Assembly: GCA_964016885.1 (NCBI GenBank)
Contig: OZ024755.1
Span: 6,200,001 to 6,264,000, forward strand
DNA length: 64,000 bases
Source of the DNA: Eledone cirrhosa
Lineage: Eukaryota
Reading direction: 5' to 3'
Under the pieces are notes generated by a model. It worked only from the letters and a program-made list of their open reading frames with translations, did no database searches and was not told where the DNA came from. How positions within the stretch are numbered: position 1 is the stretch's first letter; every line of letters begins with the position of its first letter. Positions 40,775 through 54,072 of the stretch are shown in pieces. The translations under genes were made by a program, and so were the position numbers.

Positions 40775-41015
40775 TTGTAGAGACGAGTCGTTAGGAATCT
40801 TCCTTTAAATAAAATAAAATAAAATATTCAGACATGAGAAGGTCCAGGAATACTAGAATGAGGCCATGATTTCTGGTTTTAGCAATAATCATACTTTGTA
40901 GGGACGAATCCTCAGGAAACTTTCCTTACATTAAATAGAATCCATGGTCATGAGAAAGTTCAGATCTAGAATAAAGCCACCATTTCAGGTTTTATCAATA
41001 CACATACTTTGTCGT
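40775..41015. repeat. Diverged ~115-120-bp tandem duplication
   Basis: TTGTAG.GACGA.TC.T.AGGAA at ~40775 and ~40896; CATGAGAA.GT.CAG and CATACTTTGT each occur twice. Confidence 0.7.
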
Positions 41016-41798
41016 CGTAGTCTTTAAAAGAAAAAAATAAAGTCCAGTGCCGGCGACGCTAATATCAAGGCTCAAGGCTACAGCGTCCTGTCCAGACCAA
41101 AATATTGGTGAAGTAATTTAGAGTGAAACATAATAAAACGAACAAGGTCTTTCTATATTTCTCAATTATATCGTATCTTTTATATCTACGGGTTAACTGT
41201 ATAATGACTACGTTCAATGAAAATCTTCTGTTGTTATCGTCCATAAAATAAATCAGATCTTTATCGATTAACAAATAAGAATGTGGACTGTCGGGTTTAT
41301 GTACTTTCTTGTTCCTGGCTATGTATGTATGTATGTATGTATGTATGTATGTATGTATGTATGTATGTGTGTATGTGTGTATGTGTGTGTGTATCTATTT
41401 CTCTCTCTATATATATATGTATAAATATGTATACACATATATATATACATACATATATACATATATACACACACATATATATATGTATGTATATATCTAT
41501 TTCTCTCTCTCTCTCTCTATATATATATACAAATATATACACAGACATATACACACACACATATATATATATACATATGTGTATGTATGTATGTATGCAT
41601 GTATGTGTGTGTGTGTTTATCGCTACGATTTCTGCTTAACTGATTTGACTATTAATGGTTGTTAGCCATCCGATATTTCTTATGTTGTCCACCGATCGAT
41701 AACCAGTAATCATGGAATCACAACTAAACATAGTTATCCGCAGGCATGCACACTGACACACAAAAACCACCACACATCCTCACTCTCTGTGTATATTA

Positions 41799-41831
<33 letters not shown>

Positions 41832-41856
41832 ACGTCATCATCAACAGTTTTCCAAG

Positions 41857-42077
41857 AGATGTCAACATGAATGGCCCTGTTATTTTAATCTAAAGACCTT
41901 TTTTTATAATTTCAACCCACCCCTCCCTTTAATCTATCTTATTTCTCATTCTTTCTTCTGATGAAGAACTAGCTTCCGAAACGTTAAGACACCCTTCCTG
42001 CTATTTCAAACGTTAACCTAATATATCCCTTCCATTTACTGTACCGATTGTGTTGTTATTTCTGTTTACCTTTTACA
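41857..42077 (+). mobile_element. Family A hammerhead element (core intact, stem II mutated)
   Basis: 41954-41989: TCTT-CTGATGA-A-GAAC(TAGC)TTCC-GAAA-CG-TT-AAGA. A further partial copy lies at 42478-42575. Confidence 0.8.
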
Positions 42078-42090
42078 TATATACATATAT

Positions 42091-42451
42091 GATGGTGGAT
42101 GGGTGCTACACGAGAATGCTGAGGATGGTTCTGAACATTAATCAGTATACACTGAGGATGAACAACTCAGAGCTGTATGGGAGCCTCCCAAAAGTCAGCT
42201 CAAAAGTAACGCAGGGGAGACTGAGGTTAGCTGGACATGCTCACCGACATCCAAAGTTGACATTGCACTCGGTGCTCCTGTGGGAGTTCCTACATGGACA
42301 CACTGGAAGAGGAAGACCAAGGTTAACGTATGTTGATGCCCTAAGGACAGACACTGGTCTGTTGGAGACGCAGGACATGGCAGCGATAATGAGGGACAGA
42401 GACCGCTGGAGAGAACTCGTCCATGGATCTCAGGAATTTTACCCGCCCTAG
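42091..42451 (+). mobile_element. RTE-group LINE 3' fragment
   Basis: Open frame DGCYTRMLR...LYGSLPKVS...RLRLAGHAHRH...GRGRPRLTYVDALRTDTG...MRDRDRWRELV; inserted in (TA)n. Confidence 0.85.
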
Positions 42452-43218
42452 AAATATATATATATATATATATAATAAAAGACTGGTGTCCGAAATATTA
42501 AGACTCTTTTCCTATTATTTCAAGCGTTTAACTAATATATATCTTAGATGTACTGTGTCGTTTGCTTTGTCTTTAACAATTCCGCCAATCCAATGCTCTG
42601 AACTGACACATTATTCCATCAACTCTGGAAAAGTGAAATTCAAATTTGACCACGATGGATTTGAATTCACAGCACACAGATGCAGAACAATATGTGCAAG
42701 TCAACTTTACGTGTACCATGAATTCGAATCCTGCTCTGGTCACATGTGCTTTTCATACTTCTGCGTTCGATAATACGAAATAGCATTGAAATACCAAGGT
42801 AGATTTAATCGACATCTCCTTCGCCTTAAATTGCTGACGTTGTCTAAATTTCAGTTAGGCATAGAACCTGATCTGTTCTGGAGTTGTAGAATCATCGTCT
42901 TTGACAATAGAATATTGGAACCCATTCTTCTCCAGGTCAAAACATTGTGGAGTTCCAGAGGATAATAAATAAAATACAGACACCAGTACTAGACTGGTAC
43001 TTTATCGCCCTTGACAGGATAAAAGGTGAAGTTGACATCGGCGGGATTTGAGCTCAAAACACGGAGATCTGAAACAAAGACCTCAACGCATTCTATCCGA
43101 TGTTCTACCAAATCTATTAATTCGCTGCCTTGGAGCTCAATTACAAATGATTCATAAAAGTTAAGCTATAACAATTCAAAATCCAGAGTAGCAAGTCTCA
43201 TTATTTACCCTTAATTAA

Positions 43219-43405
43219 GGGCGGTAGGTTGGCAGTATCGGTAGAGGGTCGGACGCCATGCTTTCCAGCATAGTTACGTCCATTTACGATCCGATTTCAA
43301 ATCCCGCCGAGGTTGACTTTGCCGTTCATCCTTACGGGGTCGATAAAATAAAGTACCAGTAATGCACTGGGTAATTGCTGGCCTTGTGCCTAAAGTAGAA
43401 ACAAT
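43219..43405 (+). mobile_element. SINE S1 full length with 16-bp TSD
   Basis: ATTATTTACCCTTAAT at 43200-43215 and 43404-43419. Confidence 0.9.
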
Positions 43406-43519
43406 TATTTACCCTTAATAAAATGAATACTAAAACTCTACTTTGGCATTGAGTACACCTCTGTCTAAACAGTCAAGCATATACAGATATATATATATAT
43501 ATACACATTTCAGTGTGAA

Positions 43520-43625
43520 TATATTTTAGTATATATATATATATATATATCTTTTAGTATATATATATATATATATATATATACATTTTAGTATATATAT
43601 ATATATATATATATATATCTTTTAG

Positions 43626-43656
<31 letters not shown>

Positions 43657-43661
43657 TTTAG

Positions 43662-43692
<31 letters not shown>

Positions 43693-43830
43693 TTTAGTAT
43701 ATATATATATATATATATATATCTTTTAGTATATATATATATATATATATATATACATTTTAGTATATATATATATATATATATATATACATTTTAGTAT
43801 ATATATATATATATATATATATACATTTTA

Positions 43831-43879
<49 letters not shown>

Positions 43880-44076
43880 AGTATATATATATATATATAT
43901 ATATATTTTAGTATATATATATATATATATATTTATTTTAGTATATATATTTTAGTATATATATATATATATATATTTATTTTAGTATATATATTTTAGT
44001 ATATATATATATATATATTTATTTTAGTATATATATATATATATTTATTTTATATTAGTATATATATATATATATT

Positions 44077-44122
<46 letters not shown>

Positions 44123-44180
44123 TTTAGTATATATATATATATATATATATATTTATTTTATATATATATATATATATATT

Positions 44181-44222
<42 letters not shown>

Positions 44223-44238
44223 TTTATATATATATATT

Positions 44239-44284
<46 letters not shown>

Positions 44285-44296
44285 TTTATATATATT

Positions 44297-44335
<39 letters not shown>

Positions 44336-44490
44336 AGTATATTTATATATATATATTTATTTTAGTATATATATATATATATTTATTTTAGTATATATAT
44401 ATATATATTTATTTTAGTATATATATATATATTTATTTTAGTATATATATATATATATTTATTTTAGTATATATATATATATATATTTAT
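43520..44490. repeat. (TA)n array punctuated by TTTTAG/TTTATTT
   Basis: Direct reading. Confidence 0.95.
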
Positions 44491-44707
44491 ACATACATGT
44501 ATGTTGCACTTCCAGGAATTGTAATTAAACTAAATAAATGGATGTAGGATAACATAAAATTCCCTGAATGAGAAGATGTTGGAAAAGGTTAGGTTTTTAT
44601 TTAAAGCCCTGATGCGTTGTAAGCAACATTAATGTAGATGATATGTATTAATATATTATACACCTCTATCATCAGTAGAGCAATCGATATATCAATCAAT
44701 TCAATCA

Positions 44708-44752
<45 letters not shown>

Positions 44753-44807
44753 TGTGTGTAAAAATATATACAACGCACACTCTCAGCATGATGTGTCAGT
44801 GAGTCTG

Positions 44808-44852
<45 letters not shown>

Positions 44853-45892
44853 TTACATGTGTGTATGTGAGCGTCCGCGTGGGACAGGTAGAGAGAGAGT
44901 GAGAGAGAGGGAGAGAGAGAGAGATAGAGAGAATGAGATAGTGATAGATAGTGATAGAGAGAGATAGAGATAGAGAGAGAGGGATAGAGATAGTGAGAGA
45001 GAGAGAGGGATAGATAGAGATAGATAGATAGATAGAGAGCGAGAGCGAGAGAGCGAGAGAGAGGGAGACGGAGAGAGAAAGGGAACACATTTTCATTTTA
45101 CGAATATTTTGTGGGTCCATAAAAATCAATAAAATTTAAAATGATTTCTATTCTATATGGCTTACTTTCCACATATTTAACCAAGTAACCATAATTGAAT
45201 CATCTGTTGTCATACAGCGAACACCCTGTTAAGTAGAATGTATGTGTGTTTCTTAATAGGTAAATGTGTAAGGGAATTTAATGGAAGTTTGTCGCAGATG
45301 TTGATCAGATAAGGTGCTATGCTGCCTTGCAAATGTATATCGAATTATAAAATTTGTTGCGACTGCAGTAATAACATTTTGTATGGAACTGTGACAGTTG
45401 AGGTTATAGAGATGCTGTATGATTAGTTATGTCGTGAAGGTGTAATATCACTTGAATCTATTGCCTACTCGTGCAATTTGTAAAAGCGACCCCAGCGAAA
45501 GCCATATTGCTTCTACTACACAACATCCCCTAAACTATAACTCAATTAAATCTTAGAAACTGACATGTGTATAAATCTATATCCTCGCATTTGCCGCAAT
45601 TGTTAACGAGAGAGGTTATGCCTGCAAAATGAGGATCCATTCACTCACCTCCCAGAAAGACAAGGCACTATCAAAGCAGCATCGAACGGCAACATTGGTT
45701 GCTGACATATTGATCCCATACATGGTCATTTCACTTGTAAGAAGTAACAGCCAAATTTCCTCAATCCATAACAAAATGTCTCAACAAAGAATGACTCACT
45801 GGATAAGGTGGACACGAATGTACAATATCAAGGACTGCTTATCATGTTAGATTTGGGCACAAACAACAATAACTATTATTATAACACAGTAA

Positions 45893-46452
45893 AGGGTGGT
45901 GGATTGGCAGTATCGGTAGTGCGTCAGACAACCTGCTTCGTGGCATAGAGTTACGACCCTTTACTTTCTGAGTACAAATCCCGCTGAAGTTAGCTTTACC
46001 TTTCATCCTTACGTGGTTGATAAAATAAAACTCCAGTAATACATTGGTGTCGATTTAATCGACTGACTTTCCCCTCCTCCCAAAATTACTAGCTTTGGGC
46101 CTAAATCAAAAAAGCATTATTATAACACGATCATGAGTTCAAATCTCGCCGAGGTTAGTTTTGACTTTCATCCTTACGTGGTCGATAAATTAAAGCACCA
46201 GTAATGCACTGGGTCGATTTAATCGATTTCCCTTACTCCCAAATTGATGGCCTAGTAGAAATCATTGGTGAATTGGCAGTATCGGTAGAGGGTTGGACGC
46301 CATGCTTTCTAACATAGTTACGTCCATTTACGGTCTGAGTCAAATCCCGTCGAGGTTAACTTTGACTTTCATCTTTACGGGGTCGATAAAATAAAGTACC
46401 AGTAATGTACTGGGTAATTGCTGGCCTTGTGCCAAAAGTAGAAACAATTATT
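45893..46452 (+). mobile_element. Tandem trimer of SINE S1
   Basis: Three copies; ATTATTATAACAC recurs at ~45875, ~46116 and ~46447. Confidence 0.85.
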
Positions 46453-47212
46453 ATAACACGATCAAGGACAGATAATAGTTTATTTTGTCTAGATATGAAG
46501 GCTGATACTATAGTAGCAAGTGTATCAGCTTTAATTAACTATTTGTTAATAATTTTATCAATTTCAAATGGATGAAATGCTAAATTAGCCCGGCAGGGTT
46601 TTAAATACAGAGTCATGAATCATGAATGAGGAAGTTAATTTAGCAGAAGGCATTGTAATTTAAGCTGTTCTCTAGGTGGACATTTTTACCACTATAGAAA
46701 AAGCAAAATTAAATAAATATAATATAAAACGAAACTAGAAATTAAATGAGAAAATAAAAGAAACAAGAATATGAGATGGCCATGTTAACTGAAAGAGAAA
46801 ACCAGTAAACTAAACGCGTGCCTGATTTATGCGAGATTCCAAGAGTTGGTTGCTATCTTTGTGCTCAAACATGTTTCGGAGTTAAGATATAATATCCAAA
46901 CATAAAACTGCTAATGGAGTAATGCTCAGATTTAATAAATAATGAATGGTTTATTCCATTAACCAACCACGAAGGCCAGTGGCAACTGGAATATTAAACA
47001 CAATCCATACAAAAATAAAACAGCTGCTGAATTGAGCAAGCAAAAATACAAAGAAGTATTTATACAAAACGGTATTGTGGTGAGGAATAACAGTAAAAGT
47101 GTCAAATAAAACCAGTTAAATAAACGAGTTCCTGTTTGTAACTATATTCACCATCACTGTTACCAATGAAAATAAGACTTAATACGACTAAACAAAAAAC
47201 ACGATGCCTAGT

Positions 47213-47650
47213 AATAATTGTTTCTACTTTAGGCACAAGGCCAGCAATTTGAAGAGGAGGGGAATGTCGATTAAATCGACCTCAGTGCATTACTGGTACT
47301 TTATTTTATCGACCCTGTAAGGATGAAAGGCAAAACTAACCTCGGCGGGATTTGAACTCACACCGTAAAGGGCCGTAAAATTATGCTGCTAAGCATAGTA
47401 TCCGAGGCTCTACCGATTCTGCCAATCCACCGCACTACGATGCCTAGTGATAATAATAATATTATTATTAACTCTATGCTTTGCAGTATAGAGTTATGGC
47501 TCTTTACGTTCTGAGTTCAAATGCCGCCTGGGTTAGCTTTTCATTCTTACAGAGTCAATAAAATAAAGCACCAGTAATGCATTGGAGTCAATTTAATCTA
47601 CTAACCCCTTCCCTTCAAATTGTTGGCCTTGTGCCTAAATTAGAAGAATA
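47213..47650. mobile_element. S1 SINE (minus, 47213-47432, TSD ACGATGCCTAGT) and partial plus-strand copy
   Basis: TSD at 47201 and 47437; similarity to consensus. Confidence 0.85.
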
Positions 47651-48421
47651 TTGAGTAAAGGTGGCTGTTATTTCGATTACGATTCCCAGAGGCACCCTAT
47701 TTCATCTTGGAAAGAAACAAGTTGTACTTTCGGGTCTCGAATAATGCCCCGCTTATCAATTTTGCAGGCATTTCCCACCGCACATCGTTCTAATTCCAGC
47801 CCCTTCCTTCACTTATTAAATTTGCTAATCTATCTCCATTTTATTTTAAATGATAGCATTACTGCAACAATTAATTAAGGATGCACAAAGCTGGTCCTTT
47901 GAGTTACAGATAAAACTGATTTTCTTTCTGACTGATTGGATTGGACCAGAGTGAAGTATAGCCATCGCCCCACCAGGAGTCGAACAAACGACGTTATGTT
48001 CGAAAGCTAACCACTAAGCCACCCGCCTTCATGCCATCCCTATTGATGTATAATACAAATGCCATTGTGCTACAGACAGGAAACGAAATCTGCAGTAGTG
48101 GTGTAGAGGTATCAAACCTAAAACCGGATTTAAAAACTAACGAGTTGCAGAATCCATCACAAGTTTTCCAATAATTGCATCCCCATTTGCATTATGCTCC
48201 TTCATTTCCTGTTAATTGATCAATTCATTGGCAGTAATCTTGATAGAAAGAAAACAAAAATTGCTGTTAAACTTGACAAAGGAATTGACTCCAGTTTTAT
48301 TGTGAAGTTGCGCACGTGGCTCAGGGTTTAGTGTATTTGGTTCACGAATGTATAGCCGTGTGATCTATTCCTGGATCACTATATTCTTGAGTAGATTATC
48401 TTATTTCACGTTTCCTCTCCA

Positions 48422-48651
48422 TGAAGGCGCATGGCTTAGTGGTTAGAGCATTGGGCTTGCAATCGGAAGGCGCATGGCTTAGTGGTTAGAGCATTGGGCT
48501 TGCAATCGAAAGGTTGTGACTTCAATTCTCGGACAGGGTGATGTGTTGTTTCCTTGAGCAAGACACTTTATTTCACGTTGCTCCAGTTTACTCAGCTGTA
48601 GAAATGAAATGATAGGACTGGGGTCGCTATCATTAAATCACTCAAGACACC
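48422..48651 (+). mobile_element. SINE S2 with duplicated 43-bp head
   Basis: GAAGGCGCATGGCTTAGTGGTTAGAGCATTGGGCTTGCAATCG occurs twice in tandem, followed by the B-box and core. Confidence 0.9.
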
Positions 48652-49085
48652 TTCAGATCCTTTTTATATTGGAAATTCTTCTAGTATTTATATTATATTG
48701 GTCAAAACATAATGGAGTTTCATGGCGATAAGAAAGAAAATACCGACTCCACTAGATTTTTAATACTTTATCGAACTTGAAAGGATAAAAGGCGAAGTTG
48801 ACATGGTGGAATTTGACCTCAAACCACAGAGATCTGAAACAAATACCTCAACGCATTCTATCCGATTCTAATTGTCTTGCTCAAGGACATACCAATCAAC
48901 GGCAATCCAACTGGTGACATTACTGTCATCCGCCACACAACCTAACCACTTTGCCATGCAACTTCACAATTCAATTAACTAGGCAGTAATAGAAATATAT
49001 CCAAATCTGGGTTTTGTTGACTGTATTATGTCTAAAGTACATTCAGCACGAAAATAAGATATTAAACTAATTATATCATATCATC

Positions 49086-49210
49086 AATCTATTTATATTA
49101 TAAATAATTTAGATGTTTTCGTAGTAAGTAACGATATCCTAGATATTCTTCCCAATACCATACCATGATCATCACCGACTAGAGTGGCATATATATATAA
49201 TCATACACGT

Positions 49211-49252
<42 letters not shown>

Positions 49253-49334
49253 TCATACACGTACACACACACACATATATATATATATACTCATACACGT
49301 ACACACACATATATATATATATATATATACTCAT

Positions 49335-49365
<31 letters not shown>

Positions 49366-49598
49366 ATCATACACGTACACACACACACACATATATGTCC
49401 GTGTGTGAGCATATATATACAAATATATATGAACACACAACATTATATATATATATATTATATCCATACAGAATAAAAAGGAAGTAAGCTGATCAGGAGA
49501 AGATTCTATATATATATCCTGACCCACCCAAAGTATAATAATATCTGTTTCAACACAGATTTTCAGAAGAAAAATCTTTCGAAACAAATACAAAAACG
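49086..49598 (+). repeat. Left copy of ~513-bp direct duplication flanking the LINE
   Basis: Matches 52243-52757, apparently identical except one TA unit. Confidence 0.95.
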
Positions 49599-52242
49599 TT
49601 GTCAGAAGCAAAATACGTGCTCTGGGAAACGAGGGAGCCAAAGCTGTTAGCTGGGCCCGAGTGACGGAGGCAAAAAGTGGCAACAAGTCCACGATTCGGT
49701 CTTTGAAGGACCAAAACGGACGCGTGATACGTGAGCCGAAGCAGATGTGTGCGGCTTTTCAGCGGCACTTTGCTCGGCTGTTCGGGGGGAGCGGCGCGCC
49801 GGGAGAGGCTATGGATTTCGGTCCATACCTCGACGGCCTACCGCGACTCTCGGACAGCGAGGCGAAGTTCTGCGAAAAGCCGATTTCAGCCACTGAGATA
49901 GGGGACGCGCTGAGCCAATGCGGCAAACGCAAATCTCCAGGTCTCGACGGTCTACCCTACGAATTTTACGTAGCAATGCCGGACTTATTCTCCGGTCTCC
50001 TGGAAGCGGTCTACTGCAACTGGCAACAGAACGGGAGAATTCCCAGTTCTGTAACCGGGGGCGTGGTCACACTAATCAGGAAGGACGAGAATAAGGGGGA
50101 TGACATAGGCAACTTCCGGCCCATAACTCTGCTAAACACAGAGTTACAGATTTTGGCCAAGGTGTTGGCAAAGAGGCTGGCGCTTGTCGTCGAGAACCTG
50201 GTGGGAGAAGCGCAGACATGCGCGATCCCGACCAGGTCCATACACGACAACCTCCACCTCATGCGATACATCATAGAGAGGGTAGGGTGTAAACCCGGCT
50301 TCGGTGGGGCCCTGATCAACTTGGATCAGTCTAAGGCTTTCGATAGGGTTGACCATCGTTACCTGGATGCGGTGCTCGAGGCGGCAGGCTTCGGACCCGT
50401 GTTCAGGGGCTGGATTGCTGCAATGCACAACAGCAACATCTGCTCAAGGGTCAAGGTGAACGGTTACCTCTCGGAGCCGTTCCATATTACGCGATCCATT
50501 CGACAGGGATGCCCTCTCTCCTCCCTTCTGTACGTACTGACTCTCGAGCCACTACTGCGGAAGCTGGAGCTATTGCAGGGCATCCCTCTGGAACCGGGAC
50601 TGCGGAAAGCGGCGTCGGCCTACGCCGACGACGTGACAGTAATGGTGTCGAGCGCCTCGCAAATCGAGGAAGTCGGCACCTTACTAAAGGAATACGAAAG
50701 TCTCACAGGAGCGAAGCTGAACCGGGACAAGTCCATCGGTTTGCAACTCGGATCGTGGAGAGGCAGACCGATGCCTTCCGATGGCGTCGTCGGACGCTGG
50801 ACGGAAGGACCGGTAAAGCTGCTCGGGGTCTGGTTTGGTCCGGACCTCCAGGTGGAGAAGAACTGGAACGAAGTGACGGCCAAGGTGTTTGCACTCACCC
50901 AGAAGTGGGCCGAGTGCAAACTATCCTTGAAAGGTCGAGCGGAGGTGGCGAACACTTTTATAGCGTCCGCCATCTACTACCGCTTGACCGTCGTGCCTTG
51001 TCCAGCCAAAACGCTCGCCAAAATGGAGCGCGCCCTCTTCCGATTCCTTTGGAAGAGGCGGGCTCCTTTGGTAAGAAGATCCATCTGCTGCCAACACCCT
51101 TCTAACGGAGGGCTGGGGATGCCGTGGTTGACGATGCGCAAACACGCGCTCAGGCTGCGGCATCTCTACGTATTCCTCACCGGACAACCGGTGTGGGCCC
51201 CGTTCGTGAGGCGAGCCTTCCCACGACTCGTCTCGCTGACCGAGCTGCAGTCCTGGGTCAAGCAGAGACCGAGGAAAATGGGCGACTGGCACATCGAATG
51301 TGCTCAGGCGCTCACAGCCCTCTGGCAGGTGGACCCGGCGATCAGTGGAGACTCCACTTCGTCATTCTATAGAGGGTTGGTCCGCAGCAAGTGCGACGAC
51401 GCGCTCGGTGAAACTCTAGGCGTGGAGGAAGATGAACTGGCCAGTCTGTTCGGTAGGACCTTCCGCCCGGGACCGATGGACAACTTCCAAAAGTCCCTGG
51501 CCTGGCAGTGCTACCGAGGAGCTCTACCAGTTCGAGACAAGCTCTACAGACATGGGCGCCCGGGCAGGGACCCTGCAAAAAAGATCTGTCCGAGGTGCGT
51601 GCGAGACGAAGAAACCGTCGCGCACGCATTCATACACTGCCCGGGCGTCACTGACCTGTGGGGCTATGTAGAACGACTATTGTCGCGGGTGGGACCAATC
51701 CAGTTGACCACCGAGTCCATTGTCATGATCAAACCGCCACCCTCCTTCAAAAACGAAGGAGAGGCGGTTTTCCTTTGTGTGATAGCTATGGCGAAAGAGG
51801 TTGTATGGTGGACAAGGTTGAAAGGGCTGAGGTCAGACACCTTTCTCTCCGGCCAACAACTGATTCTTTTTTTCAAATACCACTTTGGAAGAAGAATCAG
51901 GATGGAGAGAGAGGTGCTGTACCCCAGCAAGTTTTATGAAAGGTGGGTGAAAGTGGCGAGAATGGCCCGAGTGAATGGGCCTTCTCTCTATATCAGCCTG
52001 TAGGTTGAGGAAAAGGAGGAGGAGAGGAAAGGAGTACAAGCTCTTCGTACTCCTGGAGATGAGGGTTGCACATTTTTTTCGGGGGTCTGTGTTACCCATA
52101 TAAACTGTCTCCCTCTATTGGGGAAAATCGACTAACTTTTAAATTCCATCTGTGATAACATTTTACACGTTTTTATTGTATGTAAACTTCCCCCTTTGTA
52201 TTTGTCCCCTTCTTTTGTGCCCCTGTGGCTAATAAAGAAATA
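49598..52242 (+). mobile_element. 5'-truncated non-LTR retrotransposon, L1/Tx1 clade
   Basis: Abrupt GC-rich block; the frame is open from the 5' junction (VVRSKIRALGNEG...). The 3'UTR has AATAAA at 52231. No endonuclease domain or ORF1 is present. Confidence 0.95.
49661..52003 (+). CDS. Truncated ORF2: reverse transcriptase plus C-terminal CCHC zinc knuckle
   Basis: Motifs KSPGLDGLPYEFY, NFRPITLLN, DQSKAFDRV, IRQGCPLS, YADD, KLLGV, GGLG and CPRC-x8-H-x4-C; no stops over 780 aa. The listed start is not a true initiator. Confidence 0.93.
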   Translation: MTEAKSGNKSTIRSLKDQNGRVIREPKQMCAAFQRHFARLFGGSGAPGEAMDFGPYLDGLPRLSDSEAKFCEKPISATEIGDALSQCGKRKSPGLDGLPYEFYVAMPDLFSGLLEAVYCNWQQNGRIPSSVTGGVVTLIRKDENKGDDIGNFRPITLLNTELQILAKVLAKRLALVVENLVGEAQTCAIPTRSIHDNLHLMRYIIERVGCKPGFGGALINLDQSKAFDRVDHRYLDAVLEAAGFGPVFRGWIAAMHNSNICSRVKVNGYLSEPFHITRSIRQGCPLSSLLYVLTLEPLLRKLELLQGIPLEPGLRKAASAYADDVTVMVSSASQIEEVGTLLKEYESLTGAKLNRDKSIGLQLGSWRGRPMPSDGVVGRWTEGPVKLLGVWFGPDLQVEKNWNEVTAKVFALTQKWAECKLSLKGRAEVANTFIASAIYYRLTVVPCPAKTLAKMERALFRFLWKRRAPLVRRSICCQHPSNGGLGMPWLTMRKHALRLRHLYVFLTGQPVWAPFVRRAFPRLVSLTELQSWVKQRPRKMGDWHIECAQALTALWQVDPAISGDSTSSFYRGLVRSKCDDALGETLGVEEDELASLFGRTFRPGPMDNFQKSLAWQCYRGALPVRDKLYRHGRPGRDPAKKICPRCVRDEETVAHAFIHCPGVTDLWGYVERLLSRVGPIQLTTESIVMIKPPPSFKNEGEAVFLCVIAMAKEVVWWTRLKGLRSDTFLSGQQLILFFKYHFGRRIRMEREVLYPSKFYERWVKVARMARVNGPSLYISL

Positions 52243-52367
52243 AATCTATTTATATTATAAATAATTTAGATGTTTTCGTAGTAAGTAACGATATCCTAGA
52301 TATTCTTCCCAATACCATACCATGATCATCACCGACTAGAGTGGCATATATATATAATCATACACGT

Positions 52368-52411
<44 letters not shown>

Positions 52412-52493
52412 TCATACACGTACACACACACACATATATATATATATACTCATACACGTACACACACATATATATATATATATATATACTCAT

Positions 52494-52524
<31 letters not shown>

Positions 52525-52757
52525 ATCATACACGTACACACACACACACATATATGTCCGTGTGTGAGCATATATATACAAATATATATGAACACACAAC
52601 ATTATATATATATATATTATATCCATACAGAATAAAAAGGAAGTAAGCTGATCAGGAGAAGATTCTATATATATATCCTGACCCACCCAAAGTATAATAA
52701 TATCTGTTTCAACACAGATTTTCAGAAGAAAAATCTTTCGAAACAAATACAAAAACG
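52243..52757 (+). repeat. Right copy of the flanking direct duplication
   Basis: Begins AATCTATTTATATTATAAAT and ends GAAACAAATACAAAAACG, as does the left copy. Confidence 0.95.
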
Positions 52758-53273
52758 AAATTTGTATTATATATATATATATACGCACACATATATGTAT
52801 ATATATTTATACACACACACACATATATCTAACATAAATATACACATTTATGATGCAAAGGCATAAAAAATACGTTATGAAATAAAGTTCGTTCTTCATC
52901 ATATAATTTCCTTTTTCTCATGATTGGGGTGTTTAACAAATTAAGAAGCAAAGAAAACCTATGTTATGAAGAAGTACAAAACACAACCAGAAAGACAAAA
53001 AAAAAAAACAATGATTAATACGTACGAATTATTGACACGACGAAAGAAAATAGAATTAATTAGTTGAATTGTAGATATACACGTCCGGCATTTACTTCTG
53101 TTTACTTTACAGCAATAACATATTTTGAGTTTGGCATCAGCATCTATCGCCCCTCATTTAACTCAATCCGTCTTTCTACTCTTACGACAAGTGTACATGG
53201 CGCCGGTCTATACCTCCTTCCTGTGAGATCTCAACTAGATTAGGAAGCTGTATTTAGTATAAATCTACTTTTA

Positions 53274-53322
<49 letters not shown>

Positions 53323-53379
53323 TTGCAGTCTAGTTAGTTAGACAGTCAAACACAGTCCCTCTGATCGTATGATTGAGAG

Positions 53380-53974
<595 letters not shown>

Positions 53975-53975
<1 letters not shown>

Positions 53976-54072
53976 GTATAATAATAAATGTGAAGACTAA
54001 AATCCAAAGAGGGCTAGATAAGGCTGAAAGCACCGATTCTTTGCTTAAACTTTAACCTGTTATTTTAATAAA
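53975..54072. mobile_element. Family D insertion (tail plus inverted segment)
   Basis: TGAAGACTAAAATCCAAAGAGGGCT.GATAAGG joined to TGAAAGCACCGATTCTTTGCTTAAACTTTAACCTGTTATTTTAATAAA. Confidence 0.8.

Noticed and set aside
48422-48535. tRNA gene
   Set aside because: It has A/B boxes but continues into a SINE core repeated across the window, and there is no clean acceptor stem.
50011-52099. Overlapping alternative-frame and antisense ORFs in the LINE
   Set aside because: Expected shadows of a GC-rich coding region.
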